A stretch of DNA of 64,000 bases from Bacteroidales bacterium (lineage in GTDB: Bacteria > Bacteroidota > Bacteroidia > Bacteroidales > WCHB1-69): assembly GCA_963556065.3 (NCBI GenBank), contig CAUVYH020000001.1, positions 8,446 through 72,445 of the forward strand, read 5' to 3'. Numbering within the stretch: the stretch's first letter is position 1; each line of letters begins with the position of its first letter. The position numbers and the translations under genes are program-made. The notes under the pieces were generated by a model. The model made no database searches. It was not told the origin of the DNA and saw only the letters and a list, made by a program, of their open reading frames with translations. Positions 54,204 through 61,373 of the stretch are shown one piece after another.

Positions 54204-54432
54204 GATCTCGTAAAAATCGTTTTCCAGTGGTGCTTTTCAATTCCTTCTCTCGTTTTCTAGCGGATACATAATCTGGGTACTCCTCAGTATAAAATACCAT
54301 CCACGGCATAAACGCCTTGGTATAGCGATTTTTTCCCTGATTGTGTTCTTTTAACCTTTGGGACAAGTTCTTCGTCATCCCTACATATATTTCATTATTA
54401 ATTCCATTCTTAAGGGAATAAACGGTAATCAT
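54187..54432 (-). CDS. GIY-YIG nuclease family protein (UPF0213/COG2827-like, 81 aa)
   Basis: VYSLKNG...IYVGMTKNLSQRLKEHN...YTKAFMPW...ARKREKELK motifs. The last five codons (QFPKL*) lie inside the tRNA-derived repeat. Confidence 0.85.
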   Translation of the reverse strand: MITVYSLKNGINNEIYVGMTKNLSQRLKEHNQGKNRYTKAFMPWMVFYTEEYPDYVSARKREKELKSTTGKRFLRDQFPKL

Positions 54433-54453
54433 GGGTGTTCGGGTTTCGGTTAG

Positions 54454-54525
54454 TGATCCTACCAGGAATCGAACCTGGATTTAAAGTTTAGGAAACTTTC
54501 GTTCTATCCATTGAACTATAGGACC
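54454..54525 (-). tRNA. tRNA-Arg (anticodon CCT)
   Basis: Manual fold: acceptor GGTCCTA/TAGGATC, D-arm GTTC-AATGGATA-GAAC, anticodon arm AAAGT-TTCCTAA-ACTTT, variable AAAT, T-arm CCAGG-TTCGATT-CCTGG, discriminator A. CCA is not encoded. Confidence 0.9.
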
Positions 54526-54568
54526 AATTTTTTGCAAAGATACAAAATCTGCTCATTAAATAAAATGG

Positions 54569-55465
54569 CTATCTTGGCTTTTTGACAAGAAACGTATGTA
54601 AAATAATTCCGATAATGATAAAAAAGAATCCAATAATTGAGGATAATAATATTGTTTCTTTTAAAATCAAGGCGATAATCATCAACGAAAAAAATGGGGA
54701 AAGGAATACAAATTTACTAACAACAGCAGTGTTGGAAGCTCGAATCAAAGCAAATTGCCACATAATAAACGGAATGCTCATCTCGAATAAGCCAATATAG
54801 CCCGAAGTTAGAAGTGCTTTGAAAGAAAAACCGACATGATAACCCATCGCTATGAAAAGAATTATGGATGCAGCAAAACCGACTCCAAATGAGAACCAAA
54901 GTTGAATAATCGCATCTATTTTATTCTTCATGTTAAGTATCCAGTAACTAGCCCAAACCGCTGAACTTCCTAAAGCTAAAGCAACACCAAAAAGATTAGA
55001 GAATTTTACATCAAAAATATTTCCTTTAGTTGCAATGATCACTACCCCAATAAATGAAAAAACGATCGACAAAAAATCAATTTTAGTAAATTGTTGTTTT
55101 AAAAAAAACGCCGAGAGAACAACCAAAATCACAGGCCAAGTGTAATTTAAAATCATCGCTTCATTAGCAGGCAATAAAGAATAAGCTTTGAATAATATTA
55201 AATAATATCCAAATGGATTAATCAATCCTTTAAAAATCAGATTAATATATTCATTTTGGGGAATGGTTCTAAGGCTCGAAAACCGATGAGTCTTCCACAA
55301 GACTAGTGTTAATGCTAAAAAAGAGATGCCAGTAGAATAAGTTAACAACTGAATAAAAGTCAATTCTTGCAATGCAATATTAAATGCTGTTGCTACCGTA
55401 GCCCACATCAACACTGCAATTAAGGCATATCCAATTGCTACGGAATTTCTGTTTTTTAACTGCAT
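54569..55465 (-). CDS. DMT-superfamily (EamA-like) transporter
   Basis: The track start at 55480 is TTG; ATG 55465 gives MQLKNRNSVAIGYALIAVLMW. Ten predicted helices in two EamA-like halves. Confidence 0.85.
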   Translation of the reverse strand: MQLKNRNSVAIGYALIAVLMWATVATAFNIALQELTFIQLLTYSTGISFLALTLVLWKTHRFSSLRTIPQNEYINLIFKGLINPFGYYLILFKAYSLLPANEAMILNYTWPVILVVLSAFFLKQQFTKIDFLSIVFSFIGVVIIATKGNIFDVKFSNLFGVALALGSSAVWASYWILNMKNKIDAIIQLWFSFGVGFAASIILFIAMGYHVGFSFKALLTSGYIGLFEMSIPFIMWQFALIRASNTAVVSKFVFLSPFFSLMIIALILKETILLSSIIGFFFIIIGIILHTFLVKKPR

Positions 55466-55578
55466 AAAACAATTTAGCAAGCAAAGATATTAAAAATGCA
55501 TTACGACTTTATATAAATCGGTATTTAAAGATAAAATTGCGTACTTTTGTAAATATAAAAAGGTTAAAATGATAAGTT

Positions 55579-56193
55579 ATGAAATTCAATATTAACATTT
55601 TAGGAATTATCTTGGTCTGTTTTTTAAGTGCTTGGTTAACATCATGCGACCCTAGCGGTGATGAAGAAATATTTACTCCAAAACCAAAAGCCTACCCTAG
55701 AATGGAAATTTCCAAAGCTTCCTACCAACGCTTCGACACTCTTTTTCCATTTTCGTTCGAATATTCAACACTCTCAAATATTCAACCTGATTATAGCAAA
55801 GGAGCTGAACCATACTGGATTAACATAGAATACCCAAGTCTTGGAGCTACTATTTATTTAAGTTATAAGCGAATCAATAAGAATTTGGGCAAACTAAAAG
55901 AAGATGCTTTTGATTTTGCCAACAGACATATTCAACAAGCCGATGATATTGTAGAATCAAATATCTATGATTCGATTATTCCATTAGTTGGAAAAATATA
56001 TGAAATTAAAGGAGTTAATGTTGCATGCCCGTATCAGTTCTGGGTATCCGACAGCTGTTCCAAATTTGTAAGAGGAGCTTTGTACTTTAACACAAAACCG
56101 AACAATGACTCATTGGCTCCATTAATTACTTATGTAAAAAATGATATTCTTCACATAATCAACACATTTAACTGGAATAAAAAAATTAAATGA
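55579..56193 (+). CDS. gldD: Gliding-motility lipoprotein GldD-like
   Basis: Lipobox LSAWLTSC, PKPKAYPRMEI, W.NIEYPSLGATIYLSYK, and the C-terminal RGALYFNTKPNNDSLAPLITYVKNDILHIINTFNW pattern as I recall it for GldD. Confidence 0.65.
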   Translation: MKFNINILGIILVCFLSAWLTSCDPSGDEEIFTPKPKAYPRMEISKASYQRFDTLFPFSFEYSTLSNIQPDYSKGAEPYWINIEYPSLGATIYLSYKRINKNLGKLKEDAFDFANRHIQQADDIVESNIYDSIIPLVGKIYEIKGVNVACPYQFWVSDSCSKFVRGALYFNTKPNNDSLAPLITYVKNDILHIINTFNWNKKIK

Positions 56194-56238
56194 TTTTTTA
56201 TAATTTTCTGAGAAATGATTTAATCTGATATAAAAATT

Positions 56239-57150
56239 ATGGTAGAAACAGCTAATTTTGGAAATATTACATGGCTTCATATAATAAATCCTTCGGATGA
56301 AAATCTAGAATACCTAAAAGAAAAATTTAATTTTCACCCCTTAGATTTAGAAGACTGCCGAAGTTATACTCAACGACCTAAAATTGATACCTACGATAAT
56401 TACTTTTTTTTAATTCTCCATTTTCCTTATTTCGACAAAGTTAATAAGTTTTTAAAGACCAAAGAGGTCAAAATCTTTTGGGGAAAAGATTATATTATCA
56501 CTATTGGGCAGACTCATTGGGTTGTTAAGGATCTTTTTAATTTAGCCAAACAAGAAGTTGAAATCAATAAAAATAAAAAAGAAGAATCCAGCGATGCGAT
56601 TTTATATAAAATTTTGCAGCGACTAATGGATGAAACCTATTTACTGTTAAACAGATTGGGACACGAAATTGAAATCATTAACCGGCAATTATTTAATAAA
56701 AAATCGGAAGCAACAATTGAACATATTTCTATTGTCCGGAAAAATATCATTCAACTAAATACCATTTTTAAACCTCAACTCAGGCTGTTTCATAAATTTG
56801 AATCGGGAGAAATCGCTGGATTTGCAGAAAATATGGAAGAATATTGGGGAAATATTCTTGACTATTATCAAAAAATGTGGGACATGGTTGAAGACTACGA
56901 AGAGTTAATAGAAGGTCTTTCAAAAACATTTGATTCACTGCAGGCAAATAAAACCAACGAAATAATGAAAGTGCTCACTATTATTTCTACTACCTTACTC
57001 CCCTTGACTTTTATTACCGGTTTATTTGGAATGAATGTAAATCTTCCTTTTCAAAATCACCCTTTTGGTTTCTGGATTATTATGTTGCTTTCACTTATTA
57101 TTATTATACTACTACTCTTCTTTTTTAAACGAAAAAAATGGATAGGCTAA
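56239..57150 (+). CDS. corA: CorA-family magnesium/cobalt transporter
   Basis: 303 aa. Cytoplasmic N-domain, two C-terminal TM helices and the GMN motif (LFGMNVNLPF). Confidence 0.85.
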   Translation: MVETANFGNITWLHIINPSDENLEYLKEKFNFHPLDLEDCRSYTQRPKIDTYDNYFFLILHFPYFDKVNKFLKTKEVKIFWGKDYIITIGQTHWVVKDLFNLAKQEVEINKNKKEESSDAILYKILQRLMDETYLLLNRLGHEIEIINRQLFNKKSEATIEHISIVRKNIIQLNTIFKPQLRLFHKFESGEIAGFAENMEEYWGNILDYYQKMWDMVEDYEELIEGLSKTFDSLQANKTNEIMKVLTIISTTLLPLTFITGLFGMNVNLPFQNHPFGFWIIMLLSLIIIILLLFFFKRKKWIG

Positions 57151-57319
57151 TTGTTTCACGTGAAACATTAACATAAATACATCATTAATAGATAGTTATA
57201 TAAAATAATCAAAATAGCGTGTTTTCAACAAAAAATAACCTGCTTATCAACTGTTTTTATGTTTGATTTAATTTGTTTATCAAATACTTAACTTATTTTG
57301 AAAGACAATGGATAGCTAT

Positions 57320-58873
57320 TTATTCAGAAGGAATTTCCGAATCTTCTAACGTTGGCTCAATTTTTACTCCTTCAAAACGAATTTCCACTCCTTTTTTATA
57401 AGTTACCACCAAATAGAGTTCACCTTGTTCGTTAAAACTTTTCCAGTTACCATTTTTTAACCCTAAAATATATTTTCCCTGTTCTTTTAATTTTCCATTT
57501 TCCCAGTAACGCGTATATCTTGCATCATAATTATCATTATTAAAAGAACATTCATAGCAAATATTTCCATTTTTATAATATCCTTTCCAGAATCCTTCTC
57601 GTTTACCATCCACATATTTTCCTTCTTCAACAAAGTCTTTATTTGAACGATACCATTTCCCATCTTCTTTATCATCCAAAAAATTTCCTTTTACAATAAT
57701 ATTTTTGTTTTCATCATATTCAGTGTATAGCCCCTCATGTTTTCCATCTTCATAATTTTCTTCTATAAGTGTGTTTCCATTTGGGTAATACCAAATCCAC
57801 AAACCGGTTTTTTTCCCTCGTTCATCATAACTCCCTTCTATTTCAACTTTTCCGTTAGGCAAATAATATACCCACTCTCCTACCGGTTTTGAATTCTTGT
57901 ATTTACCTTTAGCTCTAATTAATTTTTCATTGGCTTTTGCATAGTGATCATCATAATACTCTTCCCAATATCCCTGCTTTAATCCTCCGTCATCCATAAT
58001 TCCTTCGCCAAGAATAAAGCCCGACTTTAAAATATATGACTGTATTACTTGTCCCTTAGAATTATATTCCCTTCTTATTCCTTCAGCTATTCCATTATAA
58101 TAAGTGCCGATAATTTTTGGATTTCCATTAGGCCAATAATCAACCCGTACGTCCAACTTTCTAGTTTCTAAAGCATCTACTATTAGCTGATCGTTTTCAT
58201 ACTTTTCTATTTTCAATAAATTTCCTTCTTCATTATATTCTTTAAAAAATCCATGCTTTCTTCCGTTTACATAATTTCCTTCAGTTTTCATAAAACCATT
58301 CGCATAAAATGTTTTCCATACACCCTGTTTTTTTCCGAAACCATCTACCCTATTAATAAATTCTCTTTTTATAATGTATCCGTTTTTATATTCCGTTAAT
58401 AAAATAATTATTCCATCTTCATTATACTCTTTGGCTATACCCTCTTCCAACCCATTTTCAAAAGGAATTTCCTTTATCAATTTTCCAGTACTATCAAAAT
58501 GTTTTTCTATTCCTATTTTTTTATCATTTTTAAAATATTCTTCTATAGTTTCTTCTAATAAAAAAGTTATTTTTTTTCCCTCTTTCTTTCCTTTTACAAA
58601 ATTAACAGACATTGTCAATTTTCCTTCGTCATTATAAAACTTCCACAAGCTGTCAAGTAAAAAGTCCTTTCTATTTCCTTCCGAAATTAAAATTCCTTTT
58701 TTATTATAAGATTTCCAATATCCATCAGGTAATCCTTTACGCATTATTCCTTCGCTCGAAATCACCCCATTATCATGTTTCAATATAGTATATCCATTAC
58801 CAGAAATAGTATCTTGCGAAAAACAAAACAAAACAAGCTGACTAAAGAAAAATAATAATAATATCTTTTTCAT
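57320..58873 (-). CDS. MORN-repeat-variant (YwqK-like) repeat protein, secreted
   Basis: Signal peptide, followed by about 20 repeats of the form G..(D/E)G.W..(Y/F)Y.NG. Confidence 0.8.
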   Translation of the reverse strand: MKKILLLFFFSQLVLFCFSQDTISGNGYTILKHDNGVISSEGIMRKGLPDGYWKSYNKKGILISEGNRKDFLLDSLWKFYNDEGKLTMSVNFVKGKKEGKKITFLLEETIEEYFKNDKKIGIEKHFDSTGKLIKEIPFENGLEEGIAKEYNEDGIIILLTEYKNGYIIKREFINRVDGFGKKQGVWKTFYANGFMKTEGNYVNGRKHGFFKEYNEEGNLLKIEKYENDQLIVDALETRKLDVRVDYWPNGNPKIIGTYYNGIAEGIRREYNSKGQVIQSYILKSGFILGEGIMDDGGLKQGYWEEYYDDHYAKANEKLIRAKGKYKNSKPVGEWVYYLPNGKVEIEGSYDERGKKTGLWIWYYPNGNTLIEENYEDGKHEGLYTEYDENKNIIVKGNFLDDKEDGKWYRSNKDFVEEGKYVDGKREGFWKGYYKNGNICYECSFNNDNYDARYTRYWENGKLKEQGKYILGLKNGNWKSFNEQGELYLVVTYKKGVEIRFEGVKIEPTLEDSEIPSE

Positions 58874-58898
58874 TTAAAGTAAAATTTGTATAGTAAAT

Positions 58899-59804
58899 TT
58901 ATGACAGATCCAACATCCTTTGCAATGGAATTTTAGCTTTAAAAATTTCTTCATCCGACAAAAATAATTCATTTGACTCCTTATCTAAACAGTCAAATAT
59001 ATTTTCCAAGGTATTCATTTTCATATATGGACAATCATTACAATTACAATTTTCCATAGCAGGAACTATAAAAAATTCTTTACCGGGAGAAGCCATTTTC
59101 ATTTGATACAATATTCCGGTTTCTGTAGCTACAATAAACTTTTTTGCATCACTTTTTTGAGTATAATTCAAAAGTTGAAGCGTTGAACCAATAAAATCTG
59201 CCAGTTGTAATACTACATCTTGACATTCGGGATGAGCAATAACTTGTGCATCAGGATTTTGTAACTTCAATTTAATAATATTTTCGCTATGTAACTGATT
59301 ATGAACGTGACACGATCCGTTCCATAATACCATATTACGGCCAGTTAACTTATTAATGTAAGCTCCTAGATTTTTATCGGGCGCAAAAATTAATTTTTGA
59401 TTTTTGGAAAATGACTCCACAATTTTAACCGCATTACTCGAAGTGCAGATCACATCCGACAACATTTTTACTCCTATAGAGCTGTTTATATAAGTGATGA
59501 CTTTATGATCGGGATGATTTTTTATAAACAATTCAAAGTCAGAAGCTTTGCATGAATCAGAAAGTGAACACCCGGCGTTAAAATCAGGAACCAATACCTT
59601 TCTTGAAGGATTTAATATTTTTGCAGTTTCCGCCATAAAATGGACACCGGCAAAAACAATGATTTCTGCGTTGGTTTTTTGAGCTTGTTGTGCTAGTGCC
59701 AAACTGTCACCTGTAAAGTCTGCTATTTGCTGTATTTCAGGATTAGTATAGTAATGTGCAAGAATAATTGCTTTCTTTTTCTTTTTCAACAACTCTATAT
59801 TCAT
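58899..59804 (-). CDS. nadA: Quinolinate synthase
   Basis: ILAHYY, VHFMAETAKIL, CSLSDSC, TYINSS, CHVHN and the three-domain layout. 301 aa. Confidence 0.92.
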   Translation of the reverse strand: MNIELLKKKKKAIILAHYYTNPEIQQIADFTGDSLALAQQAQKTNAEIIVFAGVHFMAETAKILNPSRKVLVPDFNAGCSLSDSCKASDFELFIKNHPDHKVITYINSSIGVKMLSDVICTSSNAVKIVESFSKNQKLIFAPDKNLGAYINKLTGRNMVLWNGSCHVHNQLHSENIIKLKLQNPDAQVIAHPECQDVVLQLADFIGSTLQLLNYTQKSDAKKFIVATETGILYQMKMASPGKEFFIVPAMENCNCNDCPYMKMNTLENIFDCLDKESNELFLSDEEIFKAKIPLQRMLDLS

Positions 59805-60191
59805 TATTATTTTTCTTTTAATTTTAAAATTATATATGATTATAATAGATATGCGGTTAATTTGTCAATAAAATTAATTCTTTTTTCTTTCATTATTCAT
59901 AACTTAATTATTATAAACATGTTTTCAACTACATTTAATTATGTAATAATCAGAAATAGAATATAATAACCTTTATTATTAACTTCATATTAATATAAAT
60001 ATTTATGATTTATGTTTATAATTTTAGTAGCATATTGATAATGAAAAGTTGTTGAAAAAAAATGAAAAATAGACTTGAAAAGTGATAGTAAAAAGTTATT
60101 ATAGGTTATTAACATTAAGTTGATATTTTATCAACCGTTTTATGTATATTTCAGTTAATTTTGCATGATAATTAATCAAAAAAATAGAATT

Positions 60192-60623
60192 ATGATTTAT
60201 ATTGGAGGTGATCACGGTGGGTATTTGATAAAGGAACACATAAAATTTTATTTATCTTCAAAAAACATGGATGTGGAAGATTGTGGTACCGATTCTGAAA
60301 AAAGCGTAGATTATCCTGATTTTTCACATAAAGTTGCAGATTTAGTAAGTAAAGATATTAAAAATAATATTGGCATTTTGGTTTGCGGAAGTGGAAATGG
60401 AGTAAATATAGCAGCCAATAAGCATCATGGTATTCGTAGTGCCTTATGTTGGAATCCTCATATTGCTGCTCTTGCAAAACAACATAACAATGCTAATGTT
60501 ATTGCAATTCCAGGTAGATATGTTACTATTTTAGAAGCGGAAAAAATTGTAGATGCATTTTTAAATGCTATTTTTGAAGGAGGAAGACACCAAGGTAGAA
60601 TTAATAAAATTGAGCATGAATAA
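60192..60623 (+). CDS. rpiB: Ribose-5-phosphate isomerase B
   Basis: ATG 60192 gives MIYIGGDHGGY.... Motifs GILVCGSGNGVNIAANK, RSALC, NANVIAIPGR, FEGGRH. Confidence 0.9.
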   Translation: MIYIGGDHGGYLIKEHIKFYLSSKNMDVEDCGTDSEKSVDYPDFSHKVADLVSKDIKNNIGILVCGSGNGVNIAANKHHGIRSALCWNPHIAALAKQHNNANVIAIPGRYVTILEAEKIVDAFLNAIFEGGRHQGRINKIEHE

Positions 60624-61332
60624 CAATATTGCTTATAATATAAAGAGAAAAAATTCTAATTATTTGATTGATAATCTTTTAGAATTTGACAGAAATACAA
60701 AGCATCTGAAAAATGTCGTAGAATGGCATTTTAATGATAATTCGGCTATAGACGAATATTTGAATTCTGTTGACTGGCAGGTAGAAGATCAATGTTATTA
60801 TGTAAATGAATACAATCAGATCGTTCTTAAAAAGTCAGCTATTCAATATAATAAAACTGTTTTTATTCTAAAGCTTAATAATATAGTTAGCTATTTGAGT
60901 GATTTTTATAAAATTATTCCGGATAATAATAAAAATAATTATATTTTTATTTCCTTAGATCAGTTTCCAATGGAATACAAACTTGTATTTGTTGTAAACG
61001 ATTCGGATATAAAATTTTATAACGACATACAATTACGAAAACTCAATTATTGCATAGAATGTAATAAATGTGAGCAAGTATGCCCAATAAATAAAGTTCA
61101 TAACAATTTTTCGCCGATTAAACATATACGAAAAGAAGTAGAACAAAAAGGATATGTTGAAACACAAATGTGTGTTGGCTGTGGAAAATGTGACAGTATA
61201 TGTCCGGTTGGAATTCAATTATCTTACTACTTTTTATTTTATAATAGACCTAAAAGATGGAACGAAAATATTTTAAACAAAGCATTAAATATCAAATCGT
61301 TATCTAAATATGTGTTTAAGCTTGTGAAATAA
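60616..61332 (+). CDS. Hypothetical protein with a C-terminal 2x[4Fe-4S]-type Cys motif
   Basis: ATG 60616 overlaps the rpiB stop by 8 nt (4-nt ATGA overlap motif at 60616-60619, then rpiB stop TAA 60621-60623). CIECNKCEQVCP and CVGCGKCDSICP are about 40 aa apart. The N-terminal ~150 aa is unrecognised. Very AT-rich. Confidence 0.65.
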   Translation: MNNNIAYNIKRKNSNYLIDNLLEFDRNTKHLKNVVEWHFNDNSAIDEYLNSVDWQVEDQCYYVNEYNQIVLKKSAIQYNKTVFILKLNNIVSYLSDFYKIIPDNNKNNYIFISLDQFPMEYKLVFVVNDSDIKFYNDIQLRKLNYCIECNKCEQVCPINKVHNNFSPIKHIRKEVEQKGYVETQMCVGCGKCDSICPVGIQLSYYFLFYNRPKRWNENILNKALNIKSLSKYVFKLVK

Positions 61333-61373
61333 TTATTTATTTGCCATTTCTATCTAATTTAATACTTTAAAAA

